Positions 31,420 to 40,015 of a stretch of DNA of 64,000 nt are shown piece by piece (positions within the stretch are counted from its first letter, which is position 1; every line of letters begins with the position of its first letter). The position numbers were made by a program, and so were the translations under genes. The stretch covers positions 1 to 64,000 of IMG/VR virus record IMGVR_UViG_3300002301_000013. One strand, given 5' to 3'. Origin of the DNA: a virus (lineage: Duplodnaviria; Caudoviricetes). The notes below the pieces were generated by a model. That model saw nothing but the letters and a program-made list of their open reading frames with translations. It was not told the origin of the DNA and searched no databases.

Positions 31420-32081
31420 CAGAAATAGTAGATTCACAAGATGATCTTGCCATTTGGAATTATTTTCCATCTTCTGTATATTCAATAATGAAAAAAGATT
31501 TCTTGGAATCTTCAATTATTGTCGCTGATGAATATGTTGCAAAGATGATTGAAGAAAACCCAGTATTAGATGAGATATATCCTCTTTATCAAACACCAAA
31601 TATTCATACTGATCCAAGAATGAAACCATTTGCTGATTATATAATCAATCTAGGATATAATATTCTAAATGATCAAGGATATGATTTAAAGAATTATAGT
31701 TTGTCATTCTCAGAATGTTGGGTTCAACAACATTATAAGCATAGCGGTCATGAGCGACATGTGCATGGATATAATAATGTATTAAGTGGTTTTTATTTTT
31801 TAAAAACTCCCCAAGATTGCAGCAAGTTATTGATTCATGATCCTCGCACCGCCAAAGAATTTGGTAATTTTTTACCTGAAAAAAATAGCAATTCGTTGTC
31901 ACTTGCTAGTGAAGTTGTTAATTTTATTCCAGAACCTGGCACTATTATGATTACAAATAGTTGGCTTCCTCATACTATTTCTAAAAATGCATCCAATGAA
32001 CCATTTCAAATGATTCACTTTAACATTACTGCATATTGGGATGAAAGCAAAAATACAGAACAGGCAGCAACGGTTATATGA
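31416..32081 (+). CDS. 2OG-Fe(II) oxygenase, TIGR02466-like
   Basis: HVH...LSGFYFL, IHDPR, SWLPH and HFN motifs. Confidence 0.75.
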   Translation: MTEIVDSQDDLAIWNYFPSSVYSIMKKDFLESSIIVADEYVAKMIEENPVLDEIYPLYQTPNIHTDPRMKPFADYIINLGYNILNDQGYDLKNYSLSFSECWVQQHYKHSGHERHVHGYNNVLSGFYFLKTPQDCSKLLIHDPRTAKEFGNFLPEKNSNSLSLASEVVNFIPEPGTIMITNSWLPHTISKNASNEPFQMIHFNITAYWDESKNTEQAATVI

Positions 32082-32320
32082 ACAAGTATCTTATTAGATT
32101 TAATAAATCTCGCGGAAAAGAAGGCAGAGGAACGCTTGAACATGTTTGGCGAGTATTTGAAAATGATAAAGAATTTTTGTTAAAGCATGTTGTTATTAAT
32201 GTGCCATGTCGCAGCGAAATAAGTGGCGATGGACATGGCAATGATGACTGGAACTTTGCTTGCAATGGTGTAATGACAATAGATAAAACTACGAGCACTG
32301 CGACAATCAATGAACAGTAA
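32078..32320 (+). CDS. Hypothetical protein
   Basis: 80 aa, with coupled overlaps on both sides (ATGA at 32078). Confidence 0.65.
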   Translation: MNKYLIRFNKSRGKEGRGTLEHVWRVFENDKEFLLKHVVINVPCRSEISGDGHGNDDWNFACNGVMTIDKTTSTATINEQ

Positions 32321-32909
32321 CATGGAAATTAATCCAACATTCACTACTCCGATATGTCATGATATGATTGATGTTGACAATAGCGAATTACATGAATTTG
32401 CTATTCGTTTACGAGGCATGAGTAGTGGTAGAAAGAAAAGCAATGTTGGCGGTTGGCAAAGCAATGATGTTCAGGATGAGCCTGAACTAGAAAATTTAAT
32501 CAATGAGATAAATTTTAGACTTGATGATTTAAGTTTATTTGCAGGTGTTTCGCCTGATTACAAATTGCGCATAAGCAATATGTGGATTAACATAAATCCA
32601 AAGTATAGTTATAATGCAAATCATATTCATAATGGTTCATTTTTTAGTGGCAGTTATTATATCACAGTGCCAGAAGATAGTGGCACCATTAATTTTGTAA
32701 ATCCTAGCCCATTACAGCGATTATTTGTTGATGGACTTATCAAACACGGTGGTATAAACTCTTATAACAGGTTTAATGCACAAAATTGGACCATGCAACC
32801 GCAGCCAAACATGCTAATATTGTTTCCTAGTTGGATTGACCACAATGTAGGACAGAATCTTAGCAATGACCTAAGAGTAAGCATTGCTTTTAATACCACA
32901 ATCAAATAA
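32310..32909 (+). CDS. 2OG-Fe(II) oxygenase, TIGR02466-like
   Basis: SNVGGWQS, NMWININ, HIH...FSGSYY and FPSWIDHNV...RVSIAFN motifs. Confidence 0.85.
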   Translation: MNSNMEINPTFTTPICHDMIDVDNSELHEFAIRLRGMSSGRKKSNVGGWQSNDVQDEPELENLINEINFRLDDLSLFAGVSPDYKLRISNMWININPKYSYNANHIHNGSFFSGSYYITVPEDSGTINFVNPSPLQRLFVDGLIKHGGINSYNRFNAQNWTMQPQPNMLILFPSWIDHNVGQNLSNDLRVSIAFNTTIK

Positions 32910-32932
32910 ATAATATAAACAGGTTGTAAACA

Positions 32933-34144
32933 ATGTCATATACTTTAACCGTAGTCAATCACACGCCAATCACCATTCAAAATGGTGCAACCGATAATAC
33001 AACAAGCCTAACTCTTGTTGGTAAAAATTATCCTAATTATGGTCAACTTCTTCAACAAGATTTGATCAATCTATTACAAAGTTGGGCTGGTGCATCTCAA
33101 CCTGTCAGTGCTGTTACGGGACAGCTATGGTGGAACACAACATCTGGCGCATTACAAGTTTATACTGGTGCATCATTTAAAAATGTTGGTGGGTCAACAG
33201 TAAGTACCACTGCTCCAACTGCAACAGCAATTCAAGGTGACTTGTGGTTTAAAAGTGATGATCAGCAGCTATATGTTTATAGTGGCGCTGCATGGCTTCT
33301 TGTTGGACCAAGTTATAGTAGTTCACAGCAATTAACTGCGGCAACCGCACTTAGTATTACTGATACATCAAGCGCATCTCATACAGTGTTGGCTTTTTAT
33401 GTAGGTAATTTCCTAACAGGTATTATTAGCAAAGACCCAATGTTTACGCCACAGGCTACTATCAGTGGATTTTCTACTATTAATCCTGGTTATAATATTA
33501 ATACTACAATCTTTACTGGCGCTATCCCACTTTATGGTCAGTTGATTACCAACGCTCAACCATATGTAACAAGTCTTGGAACTTTGTCTGGTTTAACCGT
33601 TGCAACTCCTATTGTTGGCAGTGTTCTTTATAATGCTGGCACAGTTACAACTGCTGCACAACCAAATATTACTTCTGTTGGTACACTTACTAGTTTGAAT
33701 AGCAGTGGAACAATTAGTTCTGTTGCATTTAGCGGCGCATTAAATGGCACGGTTGGTGCTACTACTCCAAATACTGGTGCATTTACTACTGCGACAATCA
33801 ATAATCGTATTGTTGAAGTAGTTAATTCTATTGGTAGCGTTGGAACAACTGCTACTATTGATTGGAGTGCGGGCGATGTTCAAACTCTTACTCTTACAAA
33901 TAATTGCGCCCTATCATTTACTAACCCGCCAAGTAGTGGTAAAGCACAAACTTTAACCCTAGTAGTATATCAAGACGGAATAGGCGGCAGAACTTTATCC
34001 TATCCATCAGGTACTCGTTGGAGTTATGGTCAGGCACCTGTATTAACAAGTTATCCATCATATCGCGATGTGTTATCATTCATCACTTATGATGGCGGAA
34101 GCACATATCTAGGTGCATACAGCATGGCAAACGTTGCCCCATAA
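32933..34144 (+). CDS. Tail fibre protein
   Basis: Shared anchor, AQPNITSVGTL repeats and C-terminal IDWSAG...QDGIGGRT..P...W...AP...DVLSF..DGG domain. TAAATA upstream. Confidence 0.75.
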   Translation: MSYTLTVVNHTPITIQNGATDNTTSLTLVGKNYPNYGQLLQQDLINLLQSWAGASQPVSAVTGQLWWNTTSGALQVYTGASFKNVGGSTVSTTAPTATAIQGDLWFKSDDQQLYVYSGAAWLLVGPSYSSSQQLTAATALSITDTSSASHTVLAFYVGNFLTGIISKDPMFTPQATISGFSTINPGYNINTTIFTGAIPLYGQLITNAQPYVTSLGTLSGLTVATPIVGSVLYNAGTVTTAAQPNITSVGTLTSLNSSGTISSVAFSGALNGTVGATTPNTGAFTTATINNRIVEVVNSIGSVGTTATIDWSAGDVQTLTLTNNCALSFTNPPSSGKAQTLTLVVYQDGIGGRTLSYPSGTRWSYGQAPVLTSYPSYRDVLSFITYDGGSTYLGAYSMANVAP

Positions 34145-34153
34145 GGAAGAAAT

Positions 34154-34549
34154 ATGTCAACATTAGCAGTATCATTTTTTACAGAAGAACAATATGATTC
34201 AAATCTATTAGTAGTTCTTGGTGGAGAAAAAACAGAAGCAATTATTGCAACAAAATCACATGATCCAAAAGTTCTTGGCGTTACCACTGATTTAAATAAT
34301 TGCGAAATTACTCTTGCTGAATTTGGCAATAACGCAACATTTCCACTTGTTGCAGTTGCTGGTCGTATTGATTGCCAAGTTCAAGGGCCAATTGAAGAAG
34401 GCGATTGCGTTGTAACAAGCGACCAACCTGGTATTGGTCAAAAACTTGATCCTACAAAATGGGTTCCTGGTTGTATTGTTGGAAAAGCGGTTAACGCAAT
34501 TCCTGATGATAGCATACAAACTATTAACATAGTAGTTGGGTTGCACTAA
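34154..34549 (+). CDS. Stand-alone fibre chaperone-like protein (paralogue of the C-terminal domain of 27335-28858)
   Basis: VAVAGRIDCQVQGPIEEGD aligns with IALKGRVPVRVTGPVLKGQ. AGGA RBS. Confidence 0.6.
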   Translation: MSTLAVSFFTEEQYDSNLLVVLGGEKTEAIIATKSHDPKVLGVTTDLNNCEITLAEFGNNATFPLVAVAGRIDCQVQGPIEEGDCVVTSDQPGIGQKLDPTKWVPGCIVGKAVNAIPDDSIQTINIVVGLH

Positions 34550-34573
34550 ATACTGGTGTGGGAACTATAACAT

Positions 34574-35497
34574 ATGGCATATAGCAGCGGCGGTATAATC
34601 GAAGCAAACGACTTCAATCTTCGTGCAAACGAAATTAATGCTCTTTGGGGTACTGGTAATGCTGGCAATGGATACGGTCAAACTACCACCATTGCTACAA
34701 CTAGTATTGGTACTGTTGTTCCTGCTACTGATTGGTCAACTCTAATTGCTCGTATGAATTCAATTCAAAATCACCAATATGGCAGTGGTACTGGTATTAC
34801 TTCGCCAACTAGTGGCTCTATTATCACTTATTTGAATACGATTGATACATTTATTACTAATATGATCAACAGTAAGTATGTATACGCTAGTAGCGGAAGC
34901 ACTTTAAATGCTACTGCAAATACAAATGCTACATCATGGTTTACTTCAAGCTTAAAAACATTTACATTTACTTTTGCAAGTGCAGACCAAGCAAGATATT
35001 TTTTCAATGCTGGCGGAAGAATTGGTGTTCAAAGTAACACAAACACTATAACAAGCCCGTCTACTGGCACTGCGTGGAATACATTTGTTAATACTGGCTA
35101 TAACTATTGGTATATGGGATCAAATGCTAGCGTCCATGCTGGCACTGTTGGAACATATACCCGTAACGTTTATACTTCAACAAATGGCTATTATAATTTA
35201 ACTACTACGCCAACATCATTTCTTACATTGGCAGAAACTGGAACAGGTAACGCAAACTATAATAATAACGTTATCGATCTTAAAGTAGCTGGCGGCGCAC
35301 CTAACGGCTCAAATGGTGATAAAGGTTCTGTTATCATTGTTCAATTTAGATTGCTTGATAACGATACAAATACTTTTGGTTATACTAATGGTGGTACAAC
35401 TACTGCAACGCCATTTGTTGTTTATCCAGAAGTAACAAACCTAGCAAACGTCTGGGGCGTTGTAAGCTTCAACGGTAACGTTAACACCCAAGCTTAA
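34574..35497 (+). CDS. Virion structural protein
   Basis: Ser/Thr/Asn-rich, with GYGQ and FTFASADQARYFFNAGG segments. TAAATACT upstream. Ends the structural module. Confidence 0.6.
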   Translation: MAYSSGGIIEANDFNLRANEINALWGTGNAGNGYGQTTTIATTSIGTVVPATDWSTLIARMNSIQNHQYGSGTGITSPTSGSIITYLNTIDTFITNMINSKYVYASSGSTLNATANTNATSWFTSSLKTFTFTFASADQARYFFNAGGRIGVQSNTNTITSPSTGTAWNTFVNTGYNYWYMGSNASVHAGTVGTYTRNVYTSTNGYYNLTTTPTSFLTLAETGTGNANYNNNVIDLKVAGGAPNGSNGDKGSVIIVQFRLLDNDTNTFGYTNGGTTTATPFVVYPEVTNLANVWGVVSFNGNVNTQA

Positions 35498-35498
35498 T

Positions 35499-35527
35499 TT
35501 GACAATATTTAATTAGTCTGTTATAAT
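35499..35527 (+). promoter_or_regulatory. Consensus sigma70 promoter (TTGACA-17-TATAAT, extended TG), probably giving a leaderless mRNA
   Basis: TTGACA 35499-35504, TATAAT 35522-35527, ATG at 35534 with no SD. Confidence 0.8.
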
Positions 35528-35533
35528 TCTCTC

Positions 35534-35881
35534 ATGAACACAGAAGAATTGCGTGATGCAGCCAGAGTAGCGTATGACCGTGAACTGGCAAAACAAAATA
35601 TTAATACTGCTATTGAATCACGAATGACCGTGAATTATAATGGCGGTATGTTTATTGTAACCCAAGAACTTATTGCTTTCTTACATGCTTGGATGCCAAC
35701 TCCAAATCTTTCACTAAATTCTGATGGCAAAATCTATATGATGGATGCCTATGATGTTCCAGTTAAAGTTCTTCCATACGAACTATTGCACATTTGTCAG
35801 CGCCGCTGGTATGAAGTCATGAACGAGTTTGCCGCAGAATACGAAGAGTTTACAAAGATTCGTAATGCTCGTCAACTCTAA
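35534..35881 (+). CDS. Hypothetical protein, first gene of the glyco/rSAM operon
   Basis: 115-aa ORF directly after a consensus promoter. Confidence 0.7.
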   Translation: MNTEELRDAARVAYDRELAKQNINTAIESRMTVNYNGGMFIVTQELIAFLHAWMPTPNLSLNSDGKIYMMDAYDVPVKVLPYELLHICQRRWYEVMNEFAAEYEEFTKIRNARQL

Positions 35882-36623
35882 TGGATGCATAATTACCGCA
35901 TTTAATAATGAAAAGCATGACCATTTAAGAATGGCGGTGCAAGCGGCTGACCGTGTTGTTAAACATTTAAACATACCCGTGACCATCGTGACGGATGATG
36001 AAACCGCTGATGTTAGAACACACGCTCGCATTGTCGCAGCAAAACCAAAGATAAATTTACGAAAAGATTTTACATGGTATAATCTTTCAAGAACCGATCT
36101 ATATGATATTAGTCCATATGATAGAACGCTAATCATAGACAGTGATTATTATGTTTGCACCCCTAATCTGCTTGCTCATATAAACAGTAATGCAGATTTT
36201 ATTATGACTCGTGATGTTTATAATGTGCGAACGGGTAAAGTTGAACGATATAAACTTGGCAATACACAGATTGACATGTATTGGGCAACTATTGCTATCT
36301 TCAACAAGTGCGAAGAAACGAAGAACATATTTGAAATGGCAAAACATGTGCAGAAGCATTATCTGTATTACAGCCAACTATATGGATTCAATCGTAATCC
36401 AGTTCGCAATGATTATATCTTTACTATTGCTTGTCATCTTATTGGTGGATATGGTTTAAAAGATTATGGATTTAAGAAATATCCACTTATTAATTGCGAT
36501 AATTTTACAAAGTATATAAGTTTTGAAGACGATAAGTTGATTTATCAATATGAATCAACAAAATTATGTGCAAACAAGCTACAAAATTTAGATTTGCACT
36601 TGATGAATAAAGGACAATTATAA
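35865..36623 (+). CDS. Glycosyltransferase, GT-A/GT8-like
   Basis: SPYDRTLIIDSDY with a DxD motif, WATIAIF and RNDYIF. ATG at 35865 preferred over the track start at 35829. Confidence 0.7.
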   Translation: MLVNSNGCIITAFNNEKHDHLRMAVQAADRVVKHLNIPVTIVTDDETADVRTHARIVAAKPKINLRKDFTWYNLSRTDLYDISPYDRTLIIDSDYYVCTPNLLAHINSNADFIMTRDVYNVRTGKVERYKLGNTQIDMYWATIAIFNKCEETKNIFEMAKHVQKHYLYYSQLYGFNRNPVRNDYIFTIACHLIGGYGLKDYGFKKYPLINCDNFTKYISFEDDKLIYQYESTKLCANKLQNLDLHLMNKGQL

Positions 36624-37480
36624 TGGCTAGTGGTTATCTTTGTATTGCACAGAACAATGGTGAAGTAGATTATTTGAAAATGGCTTATCTTCAAGCCCTA
36701 AGTTGTAAACTCACGCAAAGCCTAGATAATAATTTCAGCGTTATCGTAGATAAAGAAACCGCTGAATGTGTAACTGATGCACATCGTGCAGTTTTTGATA
36801 AAGTTATTGTATTAAATCATGACCTTGCAAAAAACAGCAAGATCAAGATGCAGAATGAATGTCAGGTATTTGCTTATAGCCCATATAAAAGCACGATTAA
36901 AACAGAATGTGATATGCTATTCACAACAGATTTAAGTTGGTTATGGAATACATATGCACAATTTACATATAGTTTTACGCAAAGTGTTTATACCTATGAT
37001 GGACATGCAATTGATAATCGCAAATATCGACAGCAATTTGATGAAAATTTAATGCCAAACATTTATAGTGCATGGACATATTTTACCTATGATACCGTAT
37101 GTAAAGAAATATATGATACTATGCGTTTTATCATAGATGATTGGGATTATTATCGTGACAATTATCTCGTCAACTGCCGTTATGATGAACCACGCACCGA
37201 TGAAGTATATGCTCTTGCGCTGAAGATATTAGATATAAAAACAGCCGATACAGGATTTGGTTTTGTTCATATGAAACCAAAATTGCAAAATTGTTTTAGC
37301 ACGCAGCCTTGGCAAGAACAATTACATTGGGATATTCAACCTGATTTTATTCCAACTATTGGGCATTACAAACAAACAAGACCGTTACATTATGTAGAAA
37401 AAACCTTTGTAACGGATGAATTATTGGATAGATATGAGTATGAGTTTAACAGAAGAAGAAATCAAGGCTTGGTGGGATGA
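36623..37480 (+). CDS. Glycosyltransferase-like, GT8-like paralogue
   Basis: SPYKSTIKTECDMLF (ExD in place of DxD), YSAWTYF, TDEVYALA, FVHMKP and HYVEK motifs. Confidence 0.65.
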   Translation: MASGYLCIAQNNGEVDYLKMAYLQALSCKLTQSLDNNFSVIVDKETAECVTDAHRAVFDKVIVLNHDLAKNSKIKMQNECQVFAYSPYKSTIKTECDMLFTTDLSWLWNTYAQFTYSFTQSVYTYDGHAIDNRKYRQQFDENLMPNIYSAWTYFTYDTVCKEIYDTMRFIIDDWDYYRDNYLVNCRYDEPRTDEVYALALKILDIKTADTGFGFVHMKPKLQNCFSTQPWQEQLHWDIQPDFIPTIGHYKQTRPLHYVEKTFVTDELLDRYEYEFNRRRNQGLVG

Positions 37481-37679
37481 AGTTGAACGAGAGTTGGCAA
37501 AGCAAGTTTTACCAGAAATGCCTAAATTTGTTCCTCAACCAGAACAGCCAGTAATTTATAATTTTCCCACACAAGTTGTTTATAGTCGCGGCGGAAATGA
37601 CGTTTATACACTGCATGATGATTATCAGTTTCCCGTAGATTCTGACTATCCAAATGCACAAGGATGGAAACATGTCTGA
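37434..37679 (+). CDS. Hypothetical protein
   Basis: ~81 aa, filling the gap between GT genes with overlaps at both ends. Confidence 0.5.
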   Translation: MSMSLTEEEIKAWWDEVERELAKQVLPEMPKFVPQPEQPVIYNFPTQVVYSRGGNDVYTLHDDYQFPVDSDYPNAQGWKHV

Positions 37680-38610
37680 GTTAATTGATATTAGTGAATT
37701 AGATTGTATCTTTTTAAGTTACAAAGAACCAAATGCTGATGCTAACTTTGCATACTTGCGTTCGTTTGCTCCGTGGGCAAAGCGAGTTGATGGTATAGAA
37801 GGTTCGGATGCCGCACATAAAGCAGCCGCTGCTGTTAGTGAAACAGAACGTTTTATTCTTATAGATGCTGACAATCAACCTAATCCAGAGTTCTTTAACC
37901 AACAACTTCGTATGAACCATCTTAATGATCAATGTGTATTTCGTTGGCGAGCCAGAAATATTATCAATGGGTTGTGCTATGGCAATGGCGGCATTTCAAG
38001 TTGGACTAAAAATTTTGTAAACAACATGCGCACTCATGAAGCAACAGATGGCAGTGATCATACTGCTGTTGAATTTTGTTTTGATAATAATTATTGGGCA
38101 ATGCATGATGTATGGAGCACTACGCTGCCTAACTCATCGCCACAACAAGCATGGCAAGCAGGATTTCGTGAAGGCGTGAAATTATGTTTAGATCGTGGAC
38201 GCCGCCCATCACCAGAAGAATTTGAAAGTGCCACCTGGCATGGCAATCGTGCTAATCTTGTTATTTGGGCAACTGTTGGCACTGATGTTGAGTTTGGTAA
38301 ATGGGCAATAATGGGGGCCAGACAAGGTGCTTATATGACTATGTTTGATGATAGTTGGGATTATCGCGAAGTTCGTGATTTCAAAAAACTTGATAATTTG
38401 TGGCAATATACAATGGATGATGGTTTGCAAAAGAGCGAACAATATGCAAATATATTGCGTAAGCGTCTTAATCTTGATATAATTAGCATGTCGCCTGAGC
38501 AAAGTTCTTGGTATAAGAAACATCAACGAGCATACCAGAATATTGATATCATGCTGCCAGAGAGGGATGTTCATAGTGTCATCAGAAACGCTGCTAGACA
38601 ACAGTGGTGA
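37672..38610 (+). CDS. Glycosyltransferase-like protein (GT-A, DAD motif)
   Basis: IFLSYKEPNAD, VDGIEGSDAAH, FILIDADN, YGNGG and AWQAGFREGVKL motifs. ATG at 37672 after GGA. Confidence 0.65.
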   Translation: MSELIDISELDCIFLSYKEPNADANFAYLRSFAPWAKRVDGIEGSDAAHKAAAAVSETERFILIDADNQPNPEFFNQQLRMNHLNDQCVFRWRARNIINGLCYGNGGISSWTKNFVNNMRTHEATDGSDHTAVEFCFDNNYWAMHDVWSTTLPNSSPQQAWQAGFREGVKLCLDRGRRPSPEEFESATWHGNRANLVIWATVGTDVEFGKWAIMGARQGAYMTMFDDSWDYREVRDFKKLDNLWQYTMDDGLQKSEQYANILRKRLNLDIISMSPEQSSWYKKHQRAYQNIDIMLPERDVHSVIRNAARQQW

Positions 38611-40015
38611 TAAGGCAGTTGCTGATAGTGAAGGAAATCTTCACAGCGACTTTATGTCCTCTGCTGAGCAAATGCAAACAAAACTTGGTCCTGCTCTTTG
38701 CCTTGCAAAGTGGCAACAAACTAGTTTGCACCTAACAACTGGTCATACTAATAGTTGTTATCATCCACCGCTTCATAGGATTGATGCTAATGAGTTACAA
38801 GATAACCCCAGTGCGCTCCATAACACCGCTCATAAAAAGACCCAGAGAGCAAGAATGCTTAGTGGAGAGAAGCCAGAAGAATGTTCATATTGCTGGCGTG
38901 TTGAAGCCACGGGAAACCTATCCGACCGACATTACAGATCGGGGGAACCTTGGTCTGCTGAGAAGTTTAGCGAGATTTTGGTTCAAGACCCTTTAACATG
39001 GAATCCAAATCCAAGCTATGTTGAAGTAAACTTTAATAGTGCTTGCAACTTAAGTTGTTCATATTGCTCTCCGCAGTTCAGCACGAGTTGGATGAAGGAA
39101 ATCAATGAACACGGTGCTTATCCTACCTCTAATAGCCATAATAGTCCTTCTTATTTTGGGGGTGATCGTAAACCTATACCGAATCGGGAAGATAATCCTT
39201 ATGTTGATGCATTCTGGAGATGGTGGCCCGAACTCTACCCCAACCTAAAACATTTTCGTATGACAGGCGGCGAGCCTCTTATGGACCGCAATACCTATCG
39301 TGTATTTGATTATGTGCTAGAGAATCCAAAAAAAGATTTACATCTTAATGTAACTTCAAACTTTAGCCAGGATGAGTATGTATTTGACAAGTATCTAACT
39401 TATGTTAAACACATGTGTGGTAATGGAGTTTTAGAGCATTTCATGCAGTTTGTCTCTATTGATGGATACGGCGAACGTGCTGAATATGCTCGCCATGGTC
39501 TTGATTTCAAACTTATGCAGCGAAATGTTGAACGTTTCCTGGAAGAAGTTCCAAGTCGCAATAGTGTTACATTCATTATTACGATGAATGTGCTTAATGT
39601 AACAAGCATTCAAGAATTGATGGAATGGATATTGCAACTTCGTGCCAAGTATAGTAAGACCTATCAGCGCATTTGGTTTGATACACCAATATTGCGTGAA
39701 CCTCAATGGCAATGTATTGATATTTTACCAGAGAGTTATGCTTGGTTCTTACAGAATATCGTCCATTGGATGAAGCCACAAGCAGAAACAGTTACTACGA
39801 GATTCAATGGGTTCAAGGATTATGAAATTGCTAAACTTCAACGTGTAATAGATTGGATGCACGAGCATCACCGTGAAGATAAAATTGCAATGGCAGATTT
39901 CTATCGTTTCTTTAATGAACATGATGCTCGTCGTAAAACAGATTTTAAAAAAACATTTCCAGAAATGAACGACTGGTATAGCGAATGTAAGTATTGGGCA
40001 GATCATAATGCATAA
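38543..40015 (+). CDS. Radical SAM protein with N-terminal twitch/SPASM domain (start uncertain)
   Basis: CLAKW...SCYH...CSYCW, then CNLSCSYC and TGGEP. Confidence 0.9.
   Translation: MISCCQRGMFIVSSETLLDNSGDKAVADSEGNLHSDFMSSAEQMQTKLGPALCLAKWQQTSLHLTTGHTNSCYHPPLHRIDANELQDNPSALHNTAHKKTQRARMLSGEKPEECSYCWRVEATGNLSDRHYRSGEPWSAEKFSEILVQDPLTWNPNPSYVEVNFNSACNLSCSYCSPQFSTSWMKEINEHGAYPTSNSHNSPSYFGGDRKPIPNREDNPYVDAFWRWWPELYPNLKHFRMTGGEPLMDRNTYRVFDYVLENPKKDLHLNVTSNFSQDEYVFDKYLTYVKHMCGNGVLEHFMQFVSIDGYGERAEYARHGLDFKLMQRNVERFLEEVPSRNSVTFIITMNVLNVTSIQELMEWILQLRAKYSKTYQRIWFDTPILREPQWQCIDILPESYAWFLQNIVHWMKPQAETVTTRFNGFKDYEIAKLQRVIDWMHEHHREDKIAMADFYRFFNEHDARRKTDFKKTFPEMNDWYSECKYWADHNA

Noticed and set aside
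37434-37679. RiPP precursor peptide for the rSAM/SPASM array
   Set aside because: There are no Cys/Ser-rich or repeated core motifs, and no RRE/PqqD, peptidase or transporter nearby. The sugar-enzyme context fits better.
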